27,856 nucleotides of DNA from Candidatus Eiseniibacteriota bacterium (GCA_046598045.1 JBKJJJ010000146.1:1-27856), one strand, 5' to 3'; counted from the first letter of the stretch, positions 1 through 10,483 are shown. Notes: generated by a model from the sequence alone, not told the origin. Numbers and translations are program-made.

Positions 1-2
1 AG

Positions 3-590
3 TCCCCCACGGCCTCGTCGGTCAATGCGAAGGCGCGCGGCGTGCGGGCCACCGGCGAGACCGCGCCGCACTACATCGCATTGACCGACGAGGCCGTGGG
101 GGACTACGACACGAACGCGAAGATGAATCCGCCGCTGCGCGGCGCGCTCGACCGGGAGGCCGTGATCGCCGCGCTCGCCGATGGCACGCTCGAGATCATC
201 GCGACCGACCACGCGCCCCACACGCCGTTCGAGAAGCAGGGCGAGTTCCAGGCCGCGCCGTTCGGCGTGGTCGGCCTCGAGACCGCGCTCGGCGTCGTGC
301 TCACGCACCTCGTCACACCCGGGCGGCTGTCGTTGGCGCAGGCGCTCGCGGCGATGACCACCGCGCCGCGCGCGCTGCTCGGCCTGCCCGACCCGCTCGC
401 GATCGGCAACGAGGCCGACCTCGTCGCGTTCGATCCGGACGCGGCGTGGGTCGTGGACCCGGCGCGCTTTCGGAGCAAGGGGCGCAATACGCCGTTCGCG
501 GGCCACACCCTCAGGGGCCGCGTGCTCGGCACGTGGGTCGCGGGGCGGCGCGTGTTCGATGCAAGAGCCCAGGTGGAGGTGGCGCGATGA
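3..590 (+). CDS. pyrC: Dihydroorotase, C-terminal part (5' end outside window)
   Basis: Motifs ETAPHY, AKMNPPLR, IATDHAPH, APFGVVGLET, SKGRNTPF; frame open from position 3; TGA stop overlaps the carA ATG (ATGA 587-590). Confidence 0.95.
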   Translation, partial: SPTASSVNAKARGVRATGETAPHYIALTDEAVGDYDTNAKMNPPLRGALDREAVIAALADGTLEIIATDHAPHTPFEKQGEFQAAPFGVVGLETALGVVLTHLVTPGRLSLAQALAAMTTAPRALLGLPDPLAIGNEADLVAFDPDAAWVVDPARFRSKGRNTPFAGHTLRGRVLGTWVAGRRVFDARAQVEVAR

Positions 591-1741
591 AGCCCTGGAT
601 CCGCGCCACCGCTGCGCTCGCGCTCGAGGATGGGCGCATGTTCTGGGGCCGCGCGTTCGGCGCGCAGGGCACGAGGACCGGCGAGGTCGTGTTCAACACC
701 GCGATGTCGGGCTACCAGGAGATCTTTTCGGACCCGTCGTACGCGGGCCAGGTCGTGTGCCTGACCTACCCCTTGATCGGCAACTACGGTGTGTGCGACG
801 ACGACTTCGAGTCGACCGGGCCCGGCCCCGGGCGCTTCCACGCGGAGGCCGTGATCGTGCGCGAGCACTGCGAGTGGCCGAGCTCGTGGCGCTCGCAGGG
901 GCGCCTGACCGACTGGCTGGCCGAGCGCGGCGTGGTCGGCCTCGCCGAGATCGACACCCGCGCGCTCACGCGGCACATCCGCTCCGCCGGCGAGCTCAAG
1001 GGCGTGGTCAGCACCGAGGACCTGGACGAGGCGCGGCTGATCGAGCGCGCGCGCGCCTCGAGCGGGCTCGAGGGCAGGGACCTGGCAAGTGTCGTCACCT
1101 GCAAGGAGTCCTGGACGTTCGCCGAGGGAGAACGCGGGCGGGTGGTGGTGTACGACTACGGGGTGAAGCGCGGCATCCTGCGCGCGCTCCAGGGGCTCGG
1201 GTTCGGGGTCGACGTGGTCCCCGCCCACACGCCCGCCGAAGCGGTACTCGCCCGGAGGCCCGTGGGCGTGGTGCTGTCGAACGGGCCCGGCGACCCGGCG
1301 GCCGTGGCGGGGGCGCCGGAGAACGTGGCGAGGATCCTCGGCCAGGTGCCGGTGCTCGCGATCTGCCTCGGTCACCAGATCGCCGCGCTCGCGCTCGGCG
1401 CGCGCACGAAGAAGCTCAAGTTCGGGCACCACGGCGCGAACCACCCGGTGCTGGACCTGGCGACCGGCCGGGTCTCGGTCACCAGCCAGAATCACGGCTT
1501 CGTGGTCGAGGAAAAGTCGCTGCCGGCCGGTTGCCGCGTCAGCCACCGCTCGCTCAACGACGGCGCGGTCGAGGGGCTGGTGCACGCGAAGCTGGCGCTG
1601 GTCTCGGTGCAGTACCACCCCGAGGCCTCGCCCGGGCCGCACGACAGCGCGCACCTGTTCGAGCGCTTCGCCGACCTCACCGGCACGCGCGCGCGCGCGC
1701 AACGAATCGTCGAGACACCCGCGCCGGCTCCGGCGCTCTAG
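587..1741 (+). CDS. carA: Carbamoyl-phosphate synthase small (glutaminase) subunit, 384 aa
   Basis: [23 protein letters not shown], catalytic [36 protein letters not shown] at 575-580 before ATG 587. Confidence 0.97.
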   Translation: MKPWIRATAALALEDGRMFWGRAFGAQGTRTGEVVFNTAMSGYQEIFSDPSYAGQVVCLTYPLIGNYGVCDDDFESTGPGPGRFHAEAVIVREHCEWPSSWRSQGRLTDWLAERGVVGLAEIDTRALTRHIRSAGELKGVVSTEDLDEARLIERARASSGLEGRDLASVVTCKESWTFAEGERGRVVVYDYGVKRGILRALQGLGFGVDVVPAHTPAEAVLARRPVGVVLSNGPGDPAAVAGAPENVARILGQVPVLAICLGHQIAALALGARTKKLKFGHHGANHPVLDLATGRVSVTSQNHGFVVEEKSLPAGCRVSHRSLNDGAVEGLVHAKLALVSVQYHPEASPGPHDSAHLFERFADLTGTRARAQRIVETPAPAPAL

Positions 1742-1757
1742 AAGGAAGGACTTCGAG

Positions 1758-4700
1758 TTGCCCCTGCGCAAAGACCTCAAGAAGGTGCTGCTCATCGGCT
1801 CCGGCCCGATCGTGATCGGGCAGGCGTGCGAGTTCGACTATTCGGGCACGCAGGCCTGCCGCGTGCTCAAGCGCGAGGGCATCGAGGTCGTGCTCGTGAA
1901 CTCGAACCCGGCGACGATCATGACCGACCCGGGCGTGGCCGACCGCACGTACATCGAGCCGCTGACCGTTGCCATGCTCGAGCGCATCCTCGAGATCGAG
2001 CGGCCCGACGCGCTGCTGCCCACGGTCGGCGGCCAGACCGGCCTCAACCTCGCGGTCGAGCTCGCGGAGCGCGGCATCCTCGAGAAGTTCGGCGTCGAGC
2101 TGATCGGCGCGTCGCTCGAGGCGATCCACACCGCCGAGGACCGGGACCTGTTCAAGCAGGCGGCCGCGCGCGCCGGCGTCGAGACGCCGCGCTCGGGCAA
2201 GGTGCGCTCGTGGGCCGACGCCGAGGCGCTCGCCGCGGAACTCGGCTTCCCGCTCGTGGTGCGCGCGTCGTTCACGCTCGGCGGCCTCGGCTCGGGCGTC
2301 GTGGGCACGCTCGCCGAGTTGCGCGAGGTGGTCACCATCGGCCTCGGGGCTTCGCCGGTCGGCATGGTGCTGGTCGAGGAGTGCCTGACCGGCTGGTCCG
2401 AGTTCGAGCTCGAGGTCATGCGCGATCGCAACGACAACGTCGTGATCGTGTGCTCGATCGAGAACTTCGACCCGATGGGCGTCCACACCGGCGACTCGAT
2501 CACGGTCGCGCCGGCGCAGACGCTGTCGGACCGCGCGTACCAGGTCATGCGCGACGCCGCGCAGCGCATCATGCGCGAGATCAAGGTCGAGGCCGGCGGC
2601 TCGAACATCCAGTTCGCGGTCAACCCGCGCGACGGGCGCATGGTCGCGATCGAGATGAACCCGCGCGTGTCGCGCAGCTCGGCGCTCGCGTCCAAGGCGA
2701 CCGGGTTCCCGATCGCGAAGATCGCGGCGCTACTGGCGGTCGGCTACACGCTCGACGAGATCCCGAACGACATCACGAAGGCCACGCCCGCGTGCTTCGA
2801 GCCCGCGCTCGACTATTGCGTGGTCAAGATCCCGCGCTGGGCGTTCGAGAAGTTCCGCGACACCGACCCCGTGCTCGGTACGCGCATGCAGTCGGTCGGC
2901 GAGATCATGGCGATCGGACGCACGTTCCCCGAGGCGCTGATGAAGGGCCTGCGCTCGCTCGAACTCGAGGGCATCGCGATGGCCGCCGAGGTGGGCGAGG
3001 GCCCGGGCCGCCCCGAGGACGACCCGAAGACGCTGCGCGAGCACCTGCTGAGGCCGCACTGGCAGCGGCTGCAGCAGCTGTTCGCCGCACTCGCCGTCGG
3101 CGACACACCCGAGGAGCTGTCGGAGACGACCGGCATCGATCCCTGGTTCCTGCACCAGATGAAGCGCATCACCGATACCGAGGCCGAATGGCGCGAGCTC
3201 GATGCGCTCGCCGCCGTGACGCCCGAGCGGCTGTGGCGCGCGAAGCGGCTCGGCATCTCGGACGCGCGGCTCGGCGCGCTCGTGGGCGCGAGCGAGAAAG
3301 AGGTGCGCGCGCTCCGTCTCGGGCTCGGCATGCACGCGACTTTCAAGGCGGTCGACACCTGCGCCGCCGAGTTCGCCGCCGAGACGCCGTACTTCTACTC
3401 GACCTACGAGGACGAGAGCGAGGCGCGCCCGGGCCCCGGCCCGCGCGTGCTGATCCTCGGCTCGGGCCCGAACCGCATCGGGCAGGGCATCGAGTTCGAT
3501 TATTGCTGCGTGCAGGCGGCCGAGGCGCTCAAAGAGGCGGGCTACGAGGTCATCCTCGTCAACTCGAACCCCGAGACCGTGTCGACCGACTACGACACCT
3601 CGACCCGGCTCTACTTCGAGCCGCTGACGTTCGAGGAGGTCATGAACGTGGTCGAGGTCGAGCGGCCGCTGGGCGTGATCGTCCAGCTCGGCGGCCAGAC
3701 GCCGCTCAAGCTCGCGCGCGCGCTCACCGAGGCCGGCGTGCCGCTGCTGGGCACGAGCTTCGACGACATCGACCGGGCCGAGAATCGCCGCCGCTTCAGC
3801 GCGCTGGTCGAGGAGCTCGGCCTGCTCCAGCCCGCGAGCGCGACCGCGATCAGCGCCTCCGAGGCCGTGCACGCCGCCGAGACGCTCGGCTGGCCCGTGC
3901 TGGTGCGGCCGAGTTACGTGCTCGGCGGACGCGGCATGCGCGTGGTCTACGGCGCGGCCGAGCTCGAGGCCGTGCTCGCGCAGGGCTTCGCGGTCTCGCC
4001 CGAGGCGCCGCTCCAGCTCGACAAGTTCCTCGAGGACGCGATCGAGGTCGACGTCGACGCGCTCGGCGACGGCGAGCATTACGTGGTTGCCGCGGTGATG
4101 GAGCACATCGAGGAGGCGGGCATCCACTCGGGCGACTCCTCGTGCGTGATCCCGCCCTACGCCCTGGGCGAGGACCACGTACGCCGCATCGGCGAGATCA
4201 CGCTCGCGCTCGCGCGCGCGCTGCACGTGCGCGGGCTGCTCAACGTGCAGTTTGCGGTCAAGGGCGAGCGCATCTACATCATCGAGGCGAACCCGCGCGC
4301 GTCGCGTACCGTGCCGTTCGTGGCGAAGGCGATCGGCTGGCCGCTCGCCCGGCTCGCCGCGCTCGCCGCCGTCGGCAAGACGCTCGAGGAGATCGGCGCC
4401 ACCTGCGCCCCCGAGCCGATCGGCGTCTCGATCAAGAAGCCCGTGCTGCCGTTCGCGCGCTTCCCGGGCGAGGACGCGCTGCTCGGCCCCGAGATGAAGT
4501 CGACCGGCGAGGTCATGGGCCGCGACCGCGACTTCGGCCGCGCGTTCGCGAAGGCGCAGCTCGGCTCGGGCGAGGGCCTGCCGACCTCGGGCGCGGCGTT
4601 CCTGTCGGTCAAGGACGACGACAAGCGCTCGGTGATCTTCATGGCGAAGCGGCTCTCGGACCTGGGTTTCCGCCTGCTCGCGACGCGCGGCACGGCGCGC

Positions 4701-4979
4701 TTCCTCACGCTCAACGGGCTCGAGTGCGAGGTCGTGTTCAAGGTGCACGAGGGCAAGCCCGACGTGGTCGACCTGATCGCCTCGGGCGTGGTCACGCTCG
4801 TGATCAACACGCCGCTCGGCCGCGACTCGCAGTACGACGAGCGCGCGATCCGCGCCGCCGCGCTGCGCCACGGCGTCGCGACCGTGACCACGATCGCGGG
4901 CGCGCTGGCGGCGGTCTCGGGCATCGACGCGATGGCGAAGGGCCCGCTCGACGCGAGCGCGCTGCAGGAGACGCGATGA
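1758..4979 (+). CDS. carB: Carbamoyl-phosphate synthase large subunit, 1073 aa
   Basis: [28 protein letters not shown], two ATP-grasp halves ([15 protein letters not shown] and [14 protein letters not shown]), C-terminal MGS-like domain; TTG start after AGGAAGGA RBS. Confidence 0.98.
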   Translation: MPLRKDLKKVLLIGSGPIVIGQACEFDYSGTQACRVLKREGIEVVLVNSNPATIMTDPGVADRTYIEPLTVAMLERILEIERPDALLPTVGGQTGLNLAVELAERGILEKFGVELIGASLEAIHTAEDRDLFKQAAARAGVETPRSGKVRSWADAEALAAELGFPLVVRASFTLGGLGSGVVGTLAELREVVTIGLGASPVGMVLVEECLTGWSEFELEVMRDRNDNVVIVCSIENFDPMGVHTGDSITVAPAQTLSDRAYQVMRDAAQRIMREIKVEAGGSNIQFAVNPRDGRMVAIEMNPRVSRSSALASKATGFPIAKIAALLAVGYTLDEIPNDITKATPACFEPALDYCVVKIPRWAFEKFRDTDPVLGTRMQSVGEIMAIGRTFPEALMKGLRSLELEGIAMAAEVGEGPGRPEDDPKTLREHLLRPHWQRLQQLFAALAVGDTPEELSETTGIDPWFLHQMKRITDTEAEWRELDALAAVTPERLWRAKRLGISDARLGALVGASEKEVRALRLGLGMHATFKAVDTCAAEFAAETPYFYSTYEDESEARPGPGPRVLILGSGPNRIGQGIEFDYCCVQAAEALKEAGYEVILVNSNPETVSTDYDTSTRLYFEPLTFEEVMNVVEVERPLGVIVQLGGQTPLKLARALTEAGVPLLGTSFDDIDRAENRRRFSALVEELGLLQPASATAISASEAVHAAETLGWPVLVRPSYVLGGRGMRVVYGAAELEAVLAQGFAVSPEAPLQLDKFLEDAIEVDVDALGDGEHYVVAAVMEHIEEAGIHSGDSSCVIPPYALGEDHVRRIGEITLALARALHVRGLLNVQFAVKGERIYIIEANPRASRTVPFVAKAIGWPLARLAALAAVGKTLEEIGATCAPEPIGVSIKKPVLPFARFPGEDALLGPEMKSTGEVMGRDRDFGRAFAKAQLGSGEGLPTSGAAFLSVKDDDKRSVIFMAKRLSDLGFRLLATRGTARFLTLNGLECEVVFKVHEGKPDVVDLIASGVVTLVINTPLGRDSQYDERAIRAAALRHGVATVTTIAGALAAVSGIDAMAKGPLDASALQETR

Positions 4980-6619
4980 AGCTCTCGCCGCGCGTGGGCG
5001 CGGCTGCCCTGGCGTCCGGGCTCGCGCTGTCGATCTGCGGTTGCGCCTACTTCAACACGTTCTACGCGGCGAAGAAGAACTTCGACGGCGCCGAGCTGCA
5101 GCGCCGGCAGCAGGTCGAAGACCCCGAGGCGCGCGCGAACGCGGGCCAGGCCGCGTTGTACGACAAGGCGATCGAGGGCGCGACCAGGATCGTGGTCGAC
5201 TACTCGAAGAGCAAGTGGGTGGACGACGCGATGCTGCTGATCGGGCGCTCGATGCTGGCGAAGGGCGATTACTCGGGCGCGCAGGAGAAGTTCGACGAGC
5301 TGAACACGAACTTTCCCGGGAGCGAGCTGCGCGACCAGGCGACGTACTGGTCCGGCGTCGCGGCCGATCGCGACCACCGCACGGTCGACGCACTCGCGCT
5401 CTACGATTCCACGCTCACCACGTACCCCAGCTTCAAGCTGAGGGACGAGGCGCGGCTCAGGCGCGCCACGCTCTACCTCCTGGTCAAGCAGCCCGCGCGC
5501 GCGCTGCCCGACCTGCGTGAGCTCGCCGGCAGGAAGGGCCAGCTTGGTTACGACGCGGGCCTCAAGCTCGCCGAGGCCCTGTTCGTGCAGCGCGACTACG
5601 CGGGCGCGCGCGTCGAGTTCAGCCGCGTCGCCGAGCGCGCGCCGACCGAGCAGTTGCGCCTCCAGGCGCGCCTCCGGGCCGGCGATTGCGATGAGGCCGC
5701 CGGCGACTACGCGCATGCGGCGGACGCCTACCTCAAGCTCCTGCGCGATTCGCGCACCGATGACGGCCGCGCCCGCGCGCGCTTGCGCTACGGCAGCGCA
5801 CTCGCGCTCTCGGGGGACGTCGATCGCGGGCTGGTCGAGCTCAAGAACGTGGTCGACGACTATCCGCGCACCGCCTACGCAGCCGAGGCGCTGTTCCGCA
5901 CCGGTTACCTGCTGGAGGTCGTGCGCGACGACTTCGACGGCGCCGGCAAGTCCTACGACCGCGTGGCCGAGCAGGCGCCGGGCTCGCCGTTCGCGCTGCA
6001 GGCGCGCGCGCGCCGCGACAACCTGGCGCGGCTCGCCGAGACTTTGTCCGCGACGCGCGACACCACGGCCGACGGCCGCGCGGCCGAGGCCTCGATGCGT
6101 CAGGCCGAGCACTACCTGTTCCAGCTCGGCAAGCCCGACCGCGCGCTCGAGGAGTACACGAAGCTCGAGCAGGAGCACCCGAAGAGTCCGCTCGCGCCGC
6201 GCGCGGCCTACGCCCGCGGCTGGGTGCTCGGGCGGCGTCTCGGCCGGCCCGCCGAGGCGAAGACGGCGTTCGAGGCGCTGGTTGCCCACTACCCCGAGTC
6301 GAACGAGGCGAAGGCCGCCGCGCGGGTGCTCGCGAACCCGAACGACACCACGTACACGGCCGAGCGGCTCGTGGGCAGCGCGATGCAGTTCCCGATGGTG
6401 CCCGGCAACCCGCTCTACATCCCGCCGCCGCCGGTGGCCGCGCCGCGCGCGAGCAAGGCGGCGGCCGCGCCGAAGACGCTGCCCGCGCCCCCGATGTCGC
6501 CGGCCGATTCCGCGCGCGCCCAGGCGCTGCGGGCGCGCGCGGACTCCGTGCGCGCGGCCGGCCAGCCCCCGGTGCCGGCGAAGCCCGACACCGCCGCCGG
6601 CCACCTGAAGGTCGATTGA
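4976..6619 (+). CDS. TPR-repeat lipoprotein (BamD/CpoB-type repeats; PorW/SprE-like N-terminus), 547 aa
   Basis: ATGA overlap with the carB stop, GGAG RBS; signal peptide ending in the lipobox-like ICGC (Cys23), then AYFNTFY; repeated TPR-type motifs ([44 protein letters not shown]); Pro/Ala-rich tail. Confidence 0.85.
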   Translation: MKLSPRVGAAALASGLALSICGCAYFNTFYAAKKNFDGAELQRRQQVEDPEARANAGQAALYDKAIEGATRIVVDYSKSKWVDDAMLLIGRSMLAKGDYSGAQEKFDELNTNFPGSELRDQATYWSGVAADRDHRTVDALALYDSTLTTYPSFKLRDEARLRRATLYLLVKQPARALPDLRELAGRKGQLGYDAGLKLAEALFVQRDYAGARVEFSRVAERAPTEQLRLQARLRAGDCDEAAGDYAHAADAYLKLLRDSRTDDGRARARLRYGSALALSGDVDRGLVELKNVVDDYPRTAYAAEALFRTGYLLEVVRDDFDGAGKSYDRVAEQAPGSPFALQARARRDNLARLAETLSATRDTTADGRAAEASMRQAEHYLFQLGKPDRALEEYTKLEQEHPKSPLAPRAAYARGWVLGRRLGRPAEAKTAFEALVAHYPESNEAKAAARVLANPNDTTYTAERLVGSAMQFPMVPGNPLYIPPPPVAAPRASKAAAAPKTLPAPPMSPADSARAQALRARADSVRAAGQPPVPAKPDTAAGHLKVD

Positions 6620-7575
6620 TGGCCCGGCCGCTGCGCGCGCCCGAGGCGGTGCGCACCGCGTTCATCGAGGTCGACGCCGAGGTCGTGAGCAACGCCCCGC
6701 TCCCCGGCACGCGCCTCCACTGGGCGATGCTGCGCGTGCCGGGCACGTTCCCCGAGCCGGCTCCCGGACAGTTCGTGATGCTTGCCCCGCACCTCTCGCG
6801 CGCGGCGGGACTGCTGCTGCCGCGGCCGTTCTCGATCGCGCGCTGCGTGAAGGACGGCGAGAGCCGGCTGCTCGGCATCCTCTACGCGAGGGTCGGGCGC
6901 GGCACGGACCTGATGTCGCGCGCGACCCGCGGCACGTGGACCGTGCTCGGTCCGCTCGGTCGCGGCTTCGACGCCGGGCACAAGGGGCCCGCGCTGCTCG
7001 TCGGCGGCGGGCGGGGCACCGCGCCGCTGGTGTTCCTCGCCGAGTGGCTCGAGGCGCGCGGGCGCTCGTGCGAATTCCTGGTGGGCGCGAAGAGCGCCTT
7101 TGACTGGGCCGGCCCCGAGGAGATGGGCGCGCGTCTCACCCGCTCGCGCGTGTGGGCGGCGAGCGAGGACGGCTCGCGCGGTCACAAGGGCCGCGTGCTC
7201 GAGCTGTTCGCCCACGAGCCCGAGCTCGGCGAGGCGCTCGCGCAGCCCGGCGCCGCGATCCACGCCTGCGGCCCGCACGGCCTGCTGGAGGCCACGGGCG
7301 CGATGGGCGCGGGCTTCGGCGTGCCGGTCGACGTGTCGATCGAGGCCCACATGGCATGCGGCACCGGCATCTGCCGCTCGTGCATGGTGCCGCGCGACCC
7401 GGCCGGGCCGCGCCCGCGCCCGGGGCAGAACGCCGCGTATCTCGTCTCGTGTCTTGAAGGCCCGGTCGTCCCGGCCGCGTGCGTCGACTGGGCGCGCGAC
7501 CGGGACGCCACGCCGGCCGGCGCGTACGTGCCCGGCGACGAGGACGAGATCTTCGCCGCGGAGCCCGCGCGGTGA
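6619..7575 (+). CDS. pyrK: Dihydroorotate dehydrogenase electron-transfer subunit
   Basis: PGQFVM, LPRPFSI, GPLGRGF, VGGGRGTAP, ACGP, [2Fe-2S] motif MACGTGICRSC...CLEGPV; TGATG overlap with upstream stop (TTG at 6616 is an alternative start). Confidence 0.92.
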   Translation: MARPLRAPEAVRTAFIEVDAEVVSNAPLPGTRLHWAMLRVPGTFPEPAPGQFVMLAPHLSRAAGLLLPRPFSIARCVKDGESRLLGILYARVGRGTDLMSRATRGTWTVLGPLGRGFDAGHKGPALLVGGGRGTAPLVFLAEWLEARGRSCEFLVGAKSAFDWAGPEEMGARLTRSRVWAASEDGSRGHKGRVLELFAHEPELGEALAQPGAAIHACGPHGLLEATGAMGAGFGVPVDVSIEAHMACGTGICRSCMVPRDPAGPRPRPGQNAAYLVSCLEGPVVPAACVDWARDRDATPAGAYVPGDEDEIFAAEPAR

Positions 7576-8534
7576 GCCCGGCGACGGACACCCCCGTGAA
7601 GGCGACCGAGCTCTCGGTCCGGATCGGCACGCTGAGCTTGCAGGGCCCGGTGCTCGCGGCCTCGGGCACGTACGGCTACGGCGACGAGTTCGGATCGCGC
7701 TACGCGCTCGATCGGCTGGGCGGCATCGTGACCAAGACGGTGACGCTCCAGCCGCGCGCGGGCAACCCGCCCCACCGCATGGTCGAGACGCCCTCGGGCA
7801 TGCTCAACTCGATCGGGCTCGAGAACGTGGGGCTCAAGGCGTTCCTCTCGGAGAAACTGCCGCGCCTCGAGCTCGTGCCGACCGCGATCGTGGCGAGTCT
7901 CGGCGGCGAGACGCCAGGGGAGCTGGTGCGCCTCGTGCGCGCGCTCGAGGCCGCGCCGTGCGCGGGCTACGAGATCAACTTCTCGTGCCCGAACGTGGCG
8001 AGGGGCGGCGCGCGCTACTGGGCCGACACGCACCGGCTCGAGTCCACGATCCGGAAGCTGCGCGCGCTCACCGCGCGGCCCCTGATCGCGAAGCTCACGC
8101 CGAACGCGACCGATCCGGGCGCGCTCGCCCGCGCGTGCGAGGCCGGCGGCGCGGACGCGGTGTCGCTGGTGAACACGTTCGTCGGCACCGCGATCGACCT
8201 CGAGCGCCGCGAGTTCCTGCTCGGCCGCGCCACGGGCGGGCTGTCGGGCCCGGCGATCAAGCCGCTCGCGCTCGCGCAGGTGTACGAGGTCTCGGGCACG
8301 GTGAAGATTCCGGTCATCGGCATGGGCGGCATCCTGACCGCCACCGACGCGCTCGAGTTCCTGGTCGCGGGAGCGGCCTGCGTGCAGGTCGGCACCGCGA
8401 GCTTTGCACGGCCCGACGCGCCGGTGCGCGTCGCCCGCGGGATCGCCGAGTGGTGCCGCGCGCGCGGCGTGGCCCGCATCCAGGACCTCGTGCGCACGGT
8501 GCGCGTGGCGGGAGCGGGGGACGCATGGACCTGA
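7572..8534 (+). CDS. pyrD: Dihydroorotate dehydrogenase catalytic subunit, class 1B
   Basis: ASGTYGYG, TKTVT, GMLNSIGLEN, catalytic EINFSCPN, GGLSGPAIKP, GMGGI, VQVGT; GTGA overlap with pyrK stop (GTG 7596 is an alternative start). Confidence 0.95.
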   Translation: MSPATDTPVKATELSVRIGTLSLQGPVLAASGTYGYGDEFGSRYALDRLGGIVTKTVTLQPRAGNPPHRMVETPSGMLNSIGLENVGLKAFLSEKLPRLELVPTAIVASLGGETPGELVRLVRALEAAPCAGYEINFSCPNVARGGARYWADTHRLESTIRKLRALTARPLIAKLTPNATDPGALARACEAGGADAVSLVNTFVGTAIDLERREFLLGRATGGLSGPAIKPLALAQVYEVSGTVKIPVIGMGGILTATDALEFLVAGAACVQVGTASFARPDAPVRVARGIAEWCRARGVARIQDLVRTVRVAGAGDAWT

Positions 8535-9241
8535 CCCCCGGCGGCATGCCGCCCGGCATCGTCGCACTCGACCGCCCGTCGTGGCCCGACGCCGACCGCC
8601 TCGTGAGCGCGCTCGGCGAGGAGGTCACGTTCTACAAGGTCGGGCTCGAGCTGTTCACGAGCGAGGGCCCGGGCGTGGTGCGCGAGCTGGTCGGACGCGG
8701 CAAGCGCGTGTTCCTGGACCTCAAGCTGCACGACATCCCGAACACCGCGGCCGGCGCCGCGCGCGCCGCGGGCCGCCTCGGCGCGTCGCTGCTGACCGTG
8801 CACGCGGCCGGGGGCGCGGCGATGGTGCGCGCGGCGGTCGAAGCCGCCGCCGAGGCGAGCGCGGGGCGCACGCGCATCCTCGCGGTAACCGTGCTCACGA
8901 GCCTGGGCGAGGGACGGCTGCCGGCGAGCTTCCCGACCGATCGCCCGGTCGCGAGCCTGGTCGAAGCGCTCGCCGCCGAGGCGCTGACCGCCGGCGCGCC
9001 CGGCCTCGTGTGCGCCGGGTCCGAGGTCGGCGGCTTGCGCCGCCGCTACGGCGATGCGCCGCTCCTGGTCGTTCCCGGCACGCGGCCGGCGGGGGCCGGC
9101 GCGCAGGACCAGGTGCGCGTGGTCACGCCCCAGGCCGCGCTCGAAGCGGGAGCGAACTGGCTCGTGGTCGGCCGCGCCGTGACCGAGGCCCCGGACCCGC
9201 GTGTGGCGTGGCGAACATTCTGGCAGGTGGCGCGCGCGTGA
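8525..9241 (+). CDS. pyrF: Orotidine-5'-phosphate decarboxylase, 238 aa
   Basis: IVALD, YKVGLELF, signature FLDLKLHDIPNT, TVHAAGG, VTVLTS, PGTR, DQVRV, VVGRAV; ATG 8525 overlaps the pyrD end. Confidence 0.95.
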   Translation: MDLTPGGMPPGIVALDRPSWPDADRLVSALGEEVTFYKVGLELFTSEGPGVVRELVGRGKRVFLDLKLHDIPNTAAGAARAAGRLGASLLTVHAAGGAAMVRAAVEAAAEASAGRTRILAVTVLTSLGEGRLPASFPTDRPVASLVEALAAEALTAGAPGLVCAGSEVGGLRRRYGDAPLLVVPGTRPAGAGAQDQVRVVTPQAALEAGANWLVVGRAVTEAPDPRVAWRTFWQVARA

Positions 9242-10197
9242 TCCGCCGAGCGCTGGCTTGCGTCCTCGTGATTGCTGCCGCCGGCCCGGCGCTGGCCGCG
9301 ACGGCCACGCCCACGGTGCGCGGCGTGGTGCGCACGCTGCAGCGCCCGCTCGCCGGCGTGAACGTCGTGATCCCCGAGGCCGGGCGCTTCGCGGTGACCG
9401 ACTCGCTCGGGCGCTACGATCTCGGCGCGCTCGCGCCGGGGCTCTACGGCGTCTCGATCGCGGCCGTGGGCTACGAGGCCGCGAGCGGCACCGTGACCGT
9501 GCGCGCCGACAGCACTTGCGACGCGTCGGACTGGCTGCTCAAGCCGCTGCGGCCCGATGGAGGTGGCCTGGGTTCGTTTCCACGCGCGCCCGCGTCCCAA
9601 CCACTGCCCGGTCCGCTGCCCGGGCCGCTCCCCGAGCCGCTGTTGCGCGCGCCGACCTACACCCGCCGCGCCGATTCTCTGCTCGCCGACTCGCTCGTCA
9701 AGCTGCCCGGGCCCGCCCCGATCGCGCCGCCGACCGGCCTGTTCCTGACGCCCGAGGAACAGGCGTCGCGCACGCTCCTGCCCGGCGCCCTGGCCGAACT
9801 CCTGCCCCAGATCGGGACCGCCGACTCGATCACGTTCGTCAGCGGCGGCACCGGCGCGCCGGGCTACGAGTCGTGGCGCCAGTGGAGCGAGCGCCTCGCG
9901 CCGCTCGCCGCCGATCTGTCCGCGGAATCGGGCGTGACCGCCCGGCGCGCGCTTGCCTACACCCGCACCCGCGCGGCGCTCGCCGAGGGCCCGACCTGGG
10001 CCGGCTGGCAGGCTTCGAAGCTGGCGCGCACCGCGCTCGCCGGGGCCCGGGGCGACGTCGCCCGCGGGCGACCGGGGGGACGGTTCCTCGACGAGATCAC
10101 AGGCCGGCTGGACGCGACGTTCGTGGTGGGGCGGGAGCCTTCCAAGCCGCGCCCGGCCCCGGTGAAGAAGTCCAGGCGCCGTCGGAAGCACCGCTGA
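9238..10197 (+). CDS. Secreted protein with N-terminal carboxypeptidase-regulatory-like (CarboxypepD_reg-type) domain, 319 aa
   Basis: GTGA overlap with pyrF stop; signal peptide MIRRALACVLVIAAAGPALA; VRGVV...PLAGVNV...TDSLGRY...L.PG.Y.V...VGY pattern typical of this domain; Pro-rich linker; basic tail KKSRRRRKHR. Confidence 0.75.
   Translation: MIRRALACVLVIAAAGPALAATATPTVRGVVRTLQRPLAGVNVVIPEAGRFAVTDSLGRYDLGALAPGLYGVSIAAVGYEAASGTVTVRADSTCDASDWLLKPLRPDGGGLGSFPRAPASQPLPGPLPGPLPEPLLRAPTYTRRADSLLADSLVKLPGPAPIAPPTGLFLTPEEQASRTLLPGALAELLPQIGTADSITFVSGGTGAPGYESWRQWSERLAPLAADLSAESGVTARRALAYTRTRAALAEGPTWAGWQASKLARTALAGARGDVARGRPGGRFLDEITGRLDATFVVGREPSKPRPAPVKKSRRRRKHR
9601..9642 (+). repeat. Degenerate 12-nt coding tandem repeat (PLPG PLPG PLPE PL)
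   Basis: ccactgcccggt / ccgctgcccggg / ccgctccccgag / ccgctg. Confidence 0.6.
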
Positions 10198-10207
10198 CGA
10201 GAAGGCG

Positions 10208-10216
10208 TGCTACGCT
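10208..10216 (+). promoter_or_regulatory. Putative extended -10 promoter for the two-gene cassette
   Basis: TGcTACGCT (TGn-TAnnnT) in the 49-nt gap, about 30 nt upstream of ATG 10247; no clear -35. Confidence 0.45.
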
Positions 10217-10246
10217 GGTTCGGCCATCGACCGAAGGGGGCAGGCA

Positions 10247-10483
10247 ATGGATCCGCAGCGACGCGATGCGAGAGCACGCTGGCGCATCTTCAACGACTGG
10301 GAAGAGGCGGAGCGCGCGCGCGTGCCGCGGGATCCCGCGCGCGATTTGCGGTGGTTCGGGGAGGCATGGGCTCTTGCCCGGCAGACCAACCCGGACTGGC
10401 CCACGCGCGACTCCCAGGAGGAGCACTGGCGCCGGATCGCCCGACTCAGGCGGGGTTTCGCCGGCTTGGGGCAGTTGCCTTGA
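10247..10483 (+). CDS. Small Trp/Arg-rich protein, putative antitoxin, 78 aa
   Basis: GAAGGGGG RBS then ATG; TGA stop overlaps the TTG start of the nucleotidyltransferase (TTGA 10480-10483); fills the gap well; role inferred from context. Confidence 0.7.
   Translation: MDPQRRDARARWRIFNDWEEAERARVPRDPARDLRWFGEAWALARQTNPDWPTRDSQEEHWRRIARLRRGFAGLGQLP

Noticed and set aside
1..30. pyrC edge reads SPTASSVNAKARG, apparently a few residues shorter than the usual HVSTxxSVxxIRxAK
   Set aside because: At the window edge with no upstream context; cannot separate real divergence from an assembly-end artefact, so no pseudogene call
1826..4975. 1597-aa ORF 1826-6619 as one giant protein
   Set aside because: The part before 4976 is an Arg-rich off-frame shadow of carB; only 4976-6619 is protein-like
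104..8803. Long minus-strand ORFs (104-1795, 2730-4871, 4274-6604, 7182-8567 and others)
   Set aside because: Antisense shadows of well-supported genes, expected when high GC3 makes stops rare; no recognisable motifs
10207..10479. N-terminal extension making the nucleotidyltransferase 280 aa
   Set aside because: It overlaps the 78-aa ORF, which has a good RBS; family similarity begins at TTG 10480
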